In this document: positions 1 through 8,596 of the stretch, piece after piece
Position numbering within the stretch: position 1 is the stretch's first letter
Layout: each line of letters begins with the position of its first letter
DNA from: an uncultured Candidatus Bathyarchaeia archaeon
Lineage (GTDB): Archaea > Thermoproteota > Bathyarchaeia > TCS64
Direction: 5' to 3'
NCBI GenBank assembly: GCA_964347685.1
Contig: CAYGAH010000026.1
Location: 1 to 58,818, forward strand
DNA: 58,818 bases
Translations under genes and position numbers: made by a program
Notes under the pieces: generated by a model
The model's database searches: none
What the model was told of the DNA's origin: nothing
What the model saw: the letters and a program-made list of their open reading frames with translations, nothing else

Positions 1-85
1 CCACGTCTATCTCTTGGCCCGACTCCGAGGCGTACCTTCTCACCGTCTCGGCCGCCAGTTTCCCAGTCACGGCCAGGACCTTCAT
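1..85 (-). CDS. 5' end of a gene running off the window (MKVLAVTGKLAAETVRRYASESGQEIDV...). Function not determinable; possibly another H4MPT-cluster member.
   Basis: The minus-strand ATG at 83-85 overlaps the stop of the upstream ORF in an ATGA junction (82-85). The frame stays open to position 1. Confidence 0.5.
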   Translation of the reverse strand, partial: MKVLAVTGKLAAETVRRYASESGQEIDV

Positions 86-831
86 GTCTTCTCCACCACA
101 TTTTTCATGAGAATGCGCCTAAGCTCTTCTGGGTCTTTTAGAACCTTTACTCCCTCCATTCCTCTCAGCTTCTCGACGTTCTCCAGATCGACCTCTCTGG
201 CCCTGACCTTGAGCTTCTCCCCGTACCTGACGGCCCCTTGGATACAATCCTCGACGCAGGCCCTGCAACCGACGCAGGCCAGATAGTCTATCGTTCCCTT
301 TCCATCCTTCAACTTGAAGGCCCCCGCCTCGCAGGATTCCTCGGCCATACACGGTGTGCAGCCCACGCAGACATTCGAGTCGACCCGCACGGGTAGCTTG
401 GTCTCTGAGGTCCAGGTCTGGTCGGTGGGGAGGATGAGGACCGGTACCTCTCCCTTGAGGGCCTGTGCCACCGCGTTGGTGACCAGGGTGTCTGCGATCC
501 CAGCGCATATCTTTGCGACGGTGTTGGCCGTCGCCGGGGCCACCACGAGAGCCGAGTAGACCCCCCTCGCCAGGCGGCCCGCGTGGACTGCGCTCGCCCC
601 GTCGCTCCGGTCCGTGAGCACCTCTGCGTAGTGGCTGCCGTCTGATACCCCTCCAAGGCATTCCCAGAGGCCGTATATCCTCAAGACCTCCTCAGCCGCC
701 CTTGAGAGGAAGCAGGTAACTTGGCGCTTCGAACTTACCTCCTTCATCAGGGAGAAAACCTCTTCGAGGAAGTGACCCGCCCCCGTCACGGCCCATGCTA
801 GAGGCCTCTCCTCCACTCGTACCACCTTCAA
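82..831 (-). CDS. dmrX: Dihydromethanopterin reductase-like iron-sulfur flavoprotein (archaeoflavoprotein core fused to a 2x[4Fe-4S] ferredoxin domain)
   Basis: 249-aa ORF. Flavoprotein core: AWAVTGAGHFLEE ... VVAPATANTVAKICAGIADTLVTNA. C-terminal cluster motifs: CVGCTPCMAEESC and CVGCRACVEDC. Adjacent to the beta-RFAP synthase gene. Confidence 0.65.
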   Translation of the reverse strand: MKVVRVEERPLAWAVTGAGHFLEEVFSLMKEVSSKRQVTCFLSRAAEEVLRIYGLWECLGGVSDGSHYAEVLTDRSDGASAVHAGRLARGVYSALVVAPATANTVAKICAGIADTLVTNAVAQALKGEVPVLILPTDQTWTSETKLPVRVDSNVCVGCTPCMAEESCEAGAFKLKDGKGTIDYLACVGCRACVEDCIQGAVRYGEKLKVRAREVDLENVEKLRGMEGVKVLKDPEELRRILMKNVVEKT

Positions 832-845
832 CTATAAGGAGCCGT

Positions 846-1757
846 CTAGCCGTCTCCGACCGTTACCCTCGCCCCACTGTTGTTGGGCTCCGTGAAAAAG
901 GCCTTCCCCCTCCTCCCCCCCGAGTTAAGGAAATCCCCCAGCTTGTCCGAAAGTTCCCTGGCATGGTTCTCGCCGTCTGCGAGGCCGTAGAAGGCGGGCC
1001 CCCAGGAGCTCTGACCCGCACCGTAGGCACCCTCCCCAAGGAGGAACCCCACCCCCTCCTCGATTACGGGGTGGCTGAACCTCCCCCCCTGGACCTCGAT
1101 CCAGTACTCGCCGAAGCCGTAATCGAGGGCCGTCATGGCCTCCCCGAAGGCTTCTATGTCTTTGTCGAGGATGGCGGGGATCATCTTAACCAGGACCACC
1201 CTTGAGACCTCCCCCACGAGCTCCTTCGACGGAGGTTCCAGCCTCCTGAACGCCTCCTTCTCTCTGCCTCCGCTTATCCCCCTCATTATCTCGGGGAGCC
1301 CTACGACGAAGGACCAGCCCCTGGGGACATCCGATCGGAAGACCAGGGGAGGGACGCTGTCGGGACTATCGACACGGTGCCCCCCATCAACGATGAACCC
1401 GCCGTGTTTGAATGCGTATGTCCCTATGCCCGAGATCCTCGACCTGTTTAACCTCGAGGCGATCTCCTCCTCGGTGAGCTGCAGGTCATACATCTTTGAG
1501 AGGGCTGTTCCCACTGCGAGGGCGAGCTGGGTGCCCGACCCGAAACCCATGTGCTCCGGAATGTCCTCAACCAGCTCGAACCCGGCCCCCTCATCGAGCC
1601 CTGCTTCATTCCTGATCCTCTCGGCGTACTCTGTGATCCTGCCAGCCCTGGGACCCTTGGCCTCCATCTCCCTGGCGGGGCGCGCCCTCAGCACCATCCC
1701 CGGGCTCTCTATGGCCACGCCCACACTGATGTGGATCCTGCCCAGGTCCCCCCGCAT
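846..1757 (-). CDS. mptG: Beta-ribofuranosylaminobenzene 5'-phosphate synthase (GHMP-kinase fold, H4MPT biosynthesis)
   Basis: 303-aa ORF with a GHMP-type glycine-rich motif (MGFGSGTQLALAVGTAL) and family-typical length. Lies between the dmrX-like and DUF447 genes. Confidence 0.7.
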   Translation of the reverse strand: MRGDLGRIHISVGVAIESPGMVLRARPAREMEAKGPRAGRITEYAERIRNEAGLDEGAGFELVEDIPEHMGFGSGTQLALAVGTALSKMYDLQLTEEEIASRLNRSRISGIGTYAFKHGGFIVDGGHRVDSPDSVPPLVFRSDVPRGWSFVVGLPEIMRGISGGREKEAFRRLEPPSKELVGEVSRVVLVKMIPAILDKDIEAFGEAMTALDYGFGEYWIEVQGGRFSHPVIEEGVGFLLGEGAYGAGQSSWGPAFYGLADGENHARELSDKLGDFLNSGGRRGKAFFTEPNNSGARVTVGDG

Positions 1758-1798
1758 GTCGACTATCCCGAACTGAAGCCTCGATGGCGTCTCGACAG

Positions 1799-2446
1799 TT
1801 ACCTCGATGCTCCTCGCCTCCAGCGGTTTATCAGGATCTCCAAGGCCTCCATTACTCTCATCTCAGGCGAGCCCGGCGCCGAGACCCTCCCCACGACTTT
1901 TTTGCACTCGTTGAACCTATTATATAGTTCTTCCGCGTCCTCTGCGCGTCCTGTCCTGAAGAACTCTTTCATGCGTGTGGTGTGGATGATGGCCTCTATG
2001 GCCTCTGCCCTCCCCCGGCTGAAGGCCGAAGGTAGCCTCCGGTTTACCTCCACCCTGCGGACTCTGCCCTCGAGATATACCCGGTCGCCCGTGGATTCGT
2101 GCTCTTTTAGGCCTTCGATGAAGACCGCGGCGTCCGCGGAGTCCAGGGACATGTCGGACTTGATGAGGGGACGTTTGAACCCGTGCAGTTCCTCCCCTTT
2201 GAAAGCGGTGACTAAGAATGTCTCGGGGTCGCTGGTTATGTTGGCGCAGGCCTCAGGGTCCCCCATGAGGTTCCGGTAGGTAGCGCTCGATTTAAACGGT
2301 TTCACCCCTAGGATTTCGGGCCCGGTCCTCGTTACGCCCATGGGCGCGGCGCTCATGGACCCGTCCCGCGCCCTGGTCGTGAATATCGTCTCCACGATGC
2401 GGCCCTTCCCGAACCCCAGTTCTTCCAGCAGCTCCTCCGTCTTCAT
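1799..2446 (-). CDS. DUF447-family protein (FMN-binding split-barrel-like, H4MPT-associated)
   Basis: 215-aa ORF. N-terminus IVETIFTTRARDGSMSAAPMGV is typical of DUF447. Cluster context supports the call. Confidence 0.55.
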   Translation of the reverse strand: MKTEELLEELGFGKGRIVETIFTTRARDGSMSAAPMGVTRTGPEILGVKPFKSSATYRNLMGDPEACANITSDPETFLVTAFKGEELHGFKRPLIKSDMSLDSADAAVFIEGLKEHESTGDRVYLEGRVRRVEVNRRLPSAFSRGRAEAIEAIIHTTRMKEFFRTGRAEDAEELYNRFNECKKVVGRVSAPGSPEMRVMEALEILINRWRRGASR

Positions 2447-2503
2447 CTGTTATCAGCGGTTTCGAGCCTATTGGTTTCTGAAGGAGGGCGAATAAACTAA
2501 AGA

Positions 2504-3520
2504 TTATCGGTCGAGGATGCCGACCGGGACTAGGTAGTCCCCTTCCACCCCCAGCACCACCCTGTAGTCTGTCTCTCCTATCTTCTCTACCCTCTCAAGC
2601 GTCCCCCTGGCCTCTACCAGTTCCCCCTCCTCAGCCTGCTCCGTGAACTTGCCCCTGAAACTCACCAGCTCTGAAACCTTGCAGCCGCATTGAGGATCGA
2701 CAAAGACCACATCCTCCACCCCATAAGAGCAGGGGGTGAATATGGAGTCCCTCGAGTCGGCAACAACAGCCCTCAGTGTTACCTTTCCGAGCTGCTTCGC
2801 ATTCACCTCCGCCTCGACCTCCCCAGGCTCCTTTACCAGCCTCAAGAAGTAGTCCCTGCCGCACGCTTTCCCGTGGAGGACCTTCTTAACCTCGATCTCT
2901 GTTAGCCTTTCCAAGTCGAGTCCCGTGTCTCCCCACCTAGCCCTCACAACCCCCCTGACTCCTGGTTTGTCGTAGGGGGAGATCCAGCTCGTTGTCCCCC
3001 TCAGCCTCTTGAGAGCCTTGTATGCTCTCAGCCCCAGCTTCCTCCCGTATATGTTCAGGTCTATGTCAGAATCGGGGGATGCGAGGCCTATCAGGTCGGA
3101 GCCAGAAACCCCCACGCTCTCTAGCGGTACGCCGCTCTCCTCAAGGATGGCGGACACGAACTTCTTTATGGTTCTCTCTATGCCTGTCTGGGGGTCGGCC
3201 ATGATCGACACGAGCCTCTGCCTCGGCTTATAGACCCTCGCGATCCTATTCAGAGGCACGGACTGGAGGACCTGCCCCAGGGGCTCTATAAGGTTAAGGT
3301 ACAGAGGATAACGCTCTTTGAGTAAATTCGTGGTTTCGGCGATATCGTAGACCCTCCTATATCTCTTTCCCCCCCTGACCCTGTCGCCTAGGTCGTCGGG
3401 GACGTATCTGAGGTAGGCGACGACATATCCATCAGGGTGGATCAGCCCCTTCACGGCGAAGAAGAGCCCCTCCACGGTCTCGACGTAGTCTCCCTCGATG
3501 AAGCCCCGGTACGCGCCCAT
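2504..3520 (-). CDS. Predicted nucleotidyltransferase (Pol-beta-type NTase core with a C-terminal OB-like domain, COG1665-like)
   Basis: 338-aa ORF with the NTase signature GVSGSDLIGLASPDSDIDLNIYG (GS...DxD). Beta-rich C-terminal domain. Confidence 0.55.
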   Translation of the reverse strand: MGAYRGFIEGDYVETVEGLFFAVKGLIHPDGYVVAYLRYVPDDLGDRVRGGKRYRRVYDIAETTNLLKERYPLYLNLIEPLGQVLQSVPLNRIARVYKPRQRLVSIMADPQTGIERTIKKFVSAILEESGVPLESVGVSGSDLIGLASPDSDIDLNIYGRKLGLRAYKALKRLRGTTSWISPYDKPGVRGVVRARWGDTGLDLERLTEIEVKKVLHGKACGRDYFLRLVKEPGEVEAEVNAKQLGKVTLRAVVADSRDSIFTPCSYGVEDVVFVDPQCGCKVSELVSFRGKFTEQAEEGELVEARGTLERVEKIGETDYRVVLGVEGDYLVPVGILDR

Positions 3521-3584
3521 CCATATCTGGATTGGGGGTACGAATCTTATAAGCCGATTAGGAGAATAACTGAGGAGGCTTCGT

Positions 3585-4535
3585 ATGGAGCGGGCCTATG
3601 TGGGAGACCTAGTTGCGGGCTGCTCTGTGCTCGCGGCGCTCCTGGAGGTGTCAGCGTACCCCAAGCCCGGGAACGTCCACAGGACCAGAGATCTTCCAGG
3701 GACGAGGTACGAGCACTTCTTGGCTGGGGGAGTCGCGATGGGGTCTTCTATGAGGAGCCTAGCCCAGGCGGGCCACGACGTGAGGAGCGGCTCCAAGGGG
3801 TGGGGGGACCTAAGATTAGGCGAACACGTCCGGGAAGCCGTCGAGGAGACGCTGGCATGGCAGAGGGGGGGGAACGTCAACCTCGGGATCATACTCCTTT
3901 TCTCGCCCCTAGCGGCCGCCGCGGGGTACTCGCTGGGTGACAACGGCCTCGAGGTCGGGGAGCTCAGGGATGCCCTTAGAAGGGTGACGATGTCCACGAC
4001 GCCCGGTGACGCCGTCGGTGTCTACGAGGCGATCCGTTTGGCTGTTTCCAGCGAGGTCCTGGGACGGGTTGACGAACTCGACGTGATGGACGACTCGGCC
4101 CTTCAAAGGATTCAGAGGGACGGGATCACTCTCATGGAGGTCTTCCGGAAGTGCTCCCTGAGGGACTCCATCTGCAAAGAGTGGGTCTCTGACTTCGAGG
4201 CCACCTTCACGATCGGATACCCTTACCTAAGAGAGGCTTTGAAAGCAACTGACGACATAAACTCGGCTGTTGTGGACACCTTCCTACGCATACTTTCCGA
4301 TAGATCCGACTCTCTGATACAGCGTAAGAGCGGCCCAGATAGGGCGTTGGAGGTGAGTGAGAAGGCGGGCCTCATCCTAAGGGAGGGCGGGTCATCATCA
4401 GAGCGTGGAAGGGAACTCCTGTGGGCCCTGGACCAAGAACTGCACGAAGCGGGGGGCATGCTGAACCCCGGGACCACTGCGGATCTGACCGCAGCTTCCC
4501 TTTTCGTCTTGCTCCTCGAGGGGTGGAGACCTTAA
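3585..4535 (+). CDS. Triphosphoribosyl-dephospho-CoA synthase (CitG/MdcB)-like protein
   Basis: 316-aa ORF. The N-terminal AALLEVSAYPKPGNVHRTRD matches the CitG-family KPGNV motif. Divergent from the NTase gene. Confidence 0.65.
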   Translation: MERAYVGDLVAGCSVLAALLEVSAYPKPGNVHRTRDLPGTRYEHFLAGGVAMGSSMRSLAQAGHDVRSGSKGWGDLRLGEHVREAVEETLAWQRGGNVNLGIILLFSPLAAAAGYSLGDNGLEVGELRDALRRVTMSTTPGDAVGVYEAIRLAVSSEVLGRVDELDVMDDSALQRIQRDGITLMEVFRKCSLRDSICKEWVSDFEATFTIGYPYLREALKATDDINSAVVDTFLRILSDRSDSLIQRKSGPDRALEVSEKAGLILREGGSSSERGRELLWALDQELHEAGGMLNPGTTADLTAASLFVLLLEGWRP

Positions 4536-4560
4536 GCATCCTCAAATAATCAAAATTTAC

Positions 4561-4857
4561 CTATTCTTCTACGTAGTCCACGACCTCTCCTTCCTCGGTG
4601 AGCACGTAGAGGATGATGCCCTCCCTCTCTTCCTTCTCGACGCAGTAGCCGTACTCGAGGATGCTTAGGTGCCATCCGAGGGTCTTGGTGTCAAGCCCCG
4701 TGGCCGACTCGAGCCGCTCTATCGTTGAGGGGCCGCCCTTCAGGGCCCTCAGTATTTCTCTCCTAACGGGGTTGTTCACAGCCCTCAGGAACCTGAGGTG
4801 GCGCTCCCTGGTCTCCTCCATGGAGTCTGCGATGGTCTTGGAGTCTTTTCTGGACAA
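4561..4857 (-). CDS. ArsR-family winged-helix transcriptional regulator
   Basis: 98-aa ORF. FLRAVNNPVRREILRALKGGPSTIERLESATGLDTKTLGWHLSILEYGYCV is a classic ArsR HTH. Confidence 0.75.
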   Translation of the reverse strand: MSRKDSKTIADSMEETRERHLRFLRAVNNPVRREILRALKGGPSTIERLESATGLDTKTLGWHLSILEYGYCVEKEEREGIILYVLTEEGEVVDYVEE

Positions 4858-4912
4858 TGGTTCGCACCTTGAATACCTTTCTCATGGGCTTTAAACAGCT
4901 TTTCGGAGGGGG

Positions 4913-5434
4913 CTAGCCCTGTAGGGGGAGGGCTATGACCTCCAGGACGGACATCCTCTTGTCGGGGTCTGGACTTGAGAAGTCTGAAGGAGGGGCGGGC
5001 CTAACGACGAGGGCGGTGTCAAGCCCCTTGCTCCCCGCTACAGCAATAACTTTGCCCGATACCAGCCCCTTCTCCGCAGCCACGGCTGCGACCTCGAGGG
5101 CTGCTTTCACCCCAGGGCCGAACATGAGCAGGCCCTCCCTCATTCCCATCCTATCCTGGATGGGGAGGTCGGCCTTCTCGACGGTGGCGATCCCCATCTT
5201 CTTCATACTCTTCTTGATGTCTTCGCCGTAGGTGAACTCAGTCACGCTCACGACCTTGGCCGCTTCCTTCAGCGATTCTGCGAAGCTGAGGGCCGTCTTG
5301 CCGTTGTTGCTGGCAACGACTACGACGGAGATACCATCTTCCATGACCCTATTTGAGACCGCTTCGATCAGTGCTCCGGTCCCTTTAGCTCCCGGCTTCA
5401 CGTAAAGAATCTTCCTTTCAACGCTCATGAACAT
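4913..5434 (-). CDS. Stand-alone pyruvate kinase C-terminal (alpha/beta) domain-like protein
   Basis: 173-aa ORF. Rossmann-like pattern VVVVASNNGKTALSFAESLKE ... VVSVT resembles the PK_C domain. Recognised by eye only. Confidence 0.4.
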   Translation of the reverse strand: MFMSVERKILYVKPGAKGTGALIEAVSNRVMEDGISVVVVASNNGKTALSFAESLKEAAKVVSVTEFTYGEDIKKSMKKMGIATVEKADLPIQDRMGMREGLLMFGPGVKAALEVAAVAAEKGLVSGKVIAVAGSKGLDTALVVRPAPPSDFSSPDPDKRMSVLEVIALPLQG

Positions 5435-5530
5435 TCACTATGAGAAACTAGCAATAGATTTGGTTTAACATTTTCCCATTTTACTCAATCAGGGATCGGG
5501 TTCAGGCGTTTGATACTACGTCTTGGGGCC

Positions 5531-6412
5531 TCATCCTTTCACGTATGCCAGTGCCTCTGCGAGGCTCTTGTCCACTCCGAACTTCTTTTTAAAGTAGGTC
5601 AGGACGTTTTTGATGTCCCTCTCAAGGCAGTTCTGGGCGTTGGGATGGTCCGTCGTCTTGTACTGGGGCCAGTCTATAAGGAGGACCTTGCCCCCAGGGG
5701 TAACGAGGATGTTAAACTCGCTAAGGTCAGAGTGGATTATCCCCGCCGCGTATGCCCTGCGCATGTTATCCAGTACGTCCTCTAGAAAACCTGTCGGATC
5801 GTCTAGCCGGTCCACCTCGTAAAGCTCGTATCCCTCGATGAATCCCATGACCAAGACGTGCCTGTTCTGAGCTAGGGGCCTGGGGACCGAGACGCCAGCA
5901 CCATAAGCCCGCTCAAGGGCCTCGAACTCCTTCTCGGCCGCCAGCCTAGACTGGTAGAGCCATGAGGCCTGCTGGCGGTCTGCCACATACTCCCTCTTCC
6001 TCCTCGTATCCCTGAAACTCGTACGGCCCAGCCTGTGGAACTTCACCGCGACCTGCTCTCTCCCCGGGGTTAGGGCCTCGAAAACGTCGGCCTCCTTACC
6101 CACACCGAGGGGCCTCCCCAGAGCGTCTAGGAACCCCCCCTTGACGAGTGCATTGAGGGCTAGGCAGTCGTATCCCGTGTAGTTGAGTATGAAACCAAGG
6201 TAGGGGTGGGGCTGCCTGTAGATGAGGTCCCTCTTGTCCAGCCCTCCCAGGCGGTACTCGGCCTCCTTGGGGTTTAGCCCCGAGTACCTCACCACTTGGT
6301 CCAAGGGGACGAACTCGTGCCTTGGGAGCCCAAGCTCCACCGCCTGGAGGACCCTGAGGTCCTCAGGCTCCAGCTCCGGGAGTATTGTGGCTGCCCTCTC
6401 GGCCGAAGACAT
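5531..6412 (-). CDS. rio2: RIO-type serine/threonine protein kinase Rio2 (N-terminal wHTH plus RIO domain)
   Basis: 293-aa ORF with an N-terminal winged helix (LRVLQAVELG...). Kinase motifs: VAVKFHRLG, IIHSDLSEFNILV, IDWPQ. Confidence 0.85.
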   Translation of the reverse strand: MSSAERAATILPELEPEDLRVLQAVELGLPRHEFVPLDQVVRYSGLNPKEAEYRLGGLDKRDLIYRQPHPYLGFILNYTGYDCLALNALVKGGFLDALGRPLGVGKEADVFEALTPGREQVAVKFHRLGRTSFRDTRRKREYVADRQQASWLYQSRLAAEKEFEALERAYGAGVSVPRPLAQNRHVLVMGFIEGYELYEVDRLDDPTGFLEDVLDNMRRAYAAGIIHSDLSEFNILVTPGGKVLLIDWPQYKTTDHPNAQNCLERDIKNVLTYFKKKFGVDKSLAEALAYVKG

Positions 6413-6446
6413 CTAGAAACTATTGGTGCATGGCTATATTAGAGTC

Positions 6447-7202
6447 TCAGTAAGTCGCCGATTGTTTGACTATATTCGGGAGGGCTCTCTGGATGACCTT
6501 CGCCGCCGGTAGGGCTATAGTTGCTCCTATGATCATCTGCCCTATGTTTATCGGGATCTCCGCCAGGGCTACGACTTCGATGTTGAAAAGGGGCCCTATG
6601 AAGAACTGCTGGTAGATGAAGTATCCCGAGACCATGATGAACCCCCCAATGATCACGGAGAAGACTGTCCAACCGAATCTGGGCTCCGCCCTGAAGCCGA
6701 GTGCGATGATCGATAGGGCCAGGACCAGAGACAGGATTATCCACAGCGCCGCTGGCACTTGGAGGATGAACACCCCCGACCCGATGGATAGCTCCAATTC
6801 CCCAACGTAGTAGGTGGTGCCGACCCAGCCGAGAAGGAGGCCCGCGACGACCCCCAGGATCATGGTGAAGTACCTCCACTGGATTACGGAGCTGAACCTA
6901 GGGTTCCTCTTCAATAGAAGGCCTACCACGGCTCCCTCACAGGCCTTTATGACGAGGGTCGCGGGGGCATAGATCGGGTACCCCAACAGGAGGTCTGCGA
7001 GCATGGAGCCCACGCCGCCGGCGAAGGCGCCTGTATAGGGGCCGAAGAGGAGAGCTGAGAGGAAGACCATCGACTCCCCGACGTTGAAGAACCCCCTCGT
7101 CACAGGGACGTAGACGGAGAACATCATCGTCGCTACGCATACCAAAGCCGTGAAAAGGGCCGTAGCGGCGACGTTAAACGACGAGCCAGACCTTAAACCC
7201 AT
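6447..7202 (-). CDS. ECF-transporter S-component-like integral membrane protein
   Basis: 251-aa polytopic hydrophobic ORF. NVGESMVFLSALLFGPYTGAFAGGVGSMLADLL is typical of ECF substrate-capture subunits. Confidence 0.6.
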   Translation of the reverse strand: MGLRSGSSFNVAATALFTALVCVATMMFSVYVPVTRGFFNVGESMVFLSALLFGPYTGAFAGGVGSMLADLLLGYPIYAPATLVIKACEGAVVGLLLKRNPRFSSVIQWRYFTMILGVVAGLLLGWVGTTYYVGELELSIGSGVFILQVPAALWIILSLVLALSIIALGFRAEPRFGWTVFSVIIGGFIMVSGYFIYQQFFIGPLFNIEVVALAEIPINIGQMIIGATIALPAAKVIQRALPNIVKQSATY

Positions 7203-7230
7203 ATCCCATCCCTACCTGATTGGCTGAGTA

Positions 7231-7252
7231 TATTATAGTTACAACTAATATA
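7231..7252. promoter_or_regulatory. Palindromic operator-like site 1 (TATTATAGTT-AC-AACTAATATA)
   Basis: The left arm is identical to sites 2 and 3. The right arm matches the reverse complement at 8/10 positions. Lies 29-50 bp upstream of the minus-strand ATG at 7202. Confidence 0.5.
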
Positions 7253-7291
7253 CTTAACCTTTTAGCCTCCCAGGCTGTAGACGCGAAAATT

Positions 7292-7313
7292 TATTATAGT
7301 TATAACTATGCTA
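7292..7313. promoter_or_regulatory. Palindromic operator-like site 2 (TATTATAGTT-AT-AACTATGCTA)
   Basis: Same left arm as sites 1 and 3. The right arm is 8/10 complementary. Overlaps site 3 by 2 nt. Confidence 0.5.
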
Positions 7314-7333
7314 TTATAGTTGAAACTATAATA
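7312..7333. promoter_or_regulatory. Palindromic operator-like site 3 (TATTATAGTT-GA-AACTATAATA, perfect 10+10 inverted repeat)
   Basis: Perfect inverted repeat read directly from the sequence. Lies 44-65 bp upstream of the GTG start at 7377. Confidence 0.55.
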
Positions 7334-7376
7334 AGTGAGCTGATCGCGTTGGAAAGGTTTACTTGAATCGAGGGTT

Positions 7377-7871
7377 GTGGCCTCTGCGGCCGTAATGACG
7401 GCCTTAGTCTACGTTATGACCTCCGTCTCCGTAAGGATGCCCCCTCCCCTGGGCTTCTGGCACATAGGAGATGTGGCCTCCTTCATAGCCGGAATCCTTT
7501 TCGGACCCGTCGTGGGGGCCTTTGCCTGCGGGGTCGGGGCCACCATCTTCGATGTCTGGAACCCCCTCTGGGGGAGCAGCGGCATCATCTGGGCGCCCCC
7601 AACCCTCGTCATAAGGGGCGTTATGGGCTTCATCCTGGGGAGGTACAGGGGGCTCTTCGGCGGCAGCACCATCAAGTCCGACCTTGCGGTCATGGTAGGC
7701 GCCCACCTATGGAAGAACTTCGGCTACTTCCTATACGACTACTACCTCTTCGGAGCCGTGGCCTACCTGGACCTGGTGACCTTCTTCCTCCTCACCGCCG
7801 TCGACATAGTGGTCTCGATACCTCTACTCAACGCCATAAGAAGGGCCATGGGGAACGACTATATAATGTGA
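7377..7871 (+). CDS. ECF-transporter S-component-like membrane protein (GTG start)
   Basis: 164-aa hydrophobic ORF with HIGDVASFIAGILFGPVVGAFACGVGATIFDV. An in-frame stop at 7341 excludes a longer N-terminus. Its stop overlaps the next ATG (TGATG at 7869-7873). Confidence 0.6.
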   Translation: MASAAVMTALVYVMTSVSVRMPPPLGFWHIGDVASFIAGILFGPVVGAFACGVGATIFDVWNPLWGSSGIIWAPPTLVIRGVMGFILGRYRGLFGGSTIKSDLAVMVGAHLWKNFGYFLYDYYLFGAVAYLDLVTFFLLTAVDIVVSIPLLNAIRRAMGNDYIM

Positions 7872-8596
7872 TGGAAATGATTGTGGACGCCCACACCCAC
7901 CTTGGAGACTTCCCCCTATTCAACGTCGGGCTGGACGCGGACGGCCTAGTGGGCCTCATGGACGGGAACGGCATAAGCCACTCCGTCCTGTTCTCCCTCC
8001 CCAACGAGCTCACCCTAGAAGCCGTGATGAGGTACCCTAACAGGCTGAGCGGCCTGGTATGGATCAATCCCAACGACGGAGAGGAGGCCCTGAACCTGGT
8101 CGAGAGGGCGGTGAAGGATTGGGGGTTCAGAGGCGTCAAGATGCACCCCCTCCTGGACGCTTACCTACCTGACAGCGATGTTGTCCACCCCGTCATGGAG
8201 CTGGCTAGGAAGTTGAGGGTCCCCGTCCTCTTCCACTCAGGGCACCCGCCTTGGAGCCTGCCATGGCACCTCGGAAACTTGGCTGAAGCCTTCACAGATG
8301 TCCCCATCGTGATGGGGCACATGGGACACGGCCACATAGTCTACATCAACGGGGCCCTGGAAGTGGCCAGGAAACACGACAACATCTACCTTGAGACCTC
8401 TGGGATGCCCATGCACAGCAAGATAAAGGAGGCCGTCGAAACGATGGGCGTCGACAGGGTGATGTACGGCTCGGACGCCCCCTTCGGCCACCCCGCCTTC
8501 GAGATGAAGAAGGTGGAGGTCTCTGGGATCAGCGGCGACGAGATGGACAGGGTGTTGGGAGAGAACGCCGTCGAGGTCTTCAGCCTGAAACTCTAG
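7871..8596 (+). CDS. Amidohydrolase-2 / TIM-barrel metal-dependent hydrolase family protein
   Basis: An internal ATG at 7871 gives MEMIVDAHTHLGDF (HxH metal motif). Further His/Asp ligands: LFHSGHP, GHMGHGH, YGSDAPF. The track ORF 7709-8596 has an implausible Arg/Pro-rich extension overlapping the upstream gene. Confidence 0.75.
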   Translation: MEMIVDAHTHLGDFPLFNVGLDADGLVGLMDGNGISHSVLFSLPNELTLEAVMRYPNRLSGLVWINPNDGEEALNLVERAVKDWGFRGVKMHPLLDAYLPDSDVVHPVMELARKLRVPVLFHSGHPPWSLPWHLGNLAEAFTDVPIVMGHMGHGHIVYINGALEVARKHDNIYLETSGMPMHSKIKEAVETMGVDRVMYGSDAPFGHPAFEMKKVEVSGISGDEMDRVLGENAVEVFSLKL

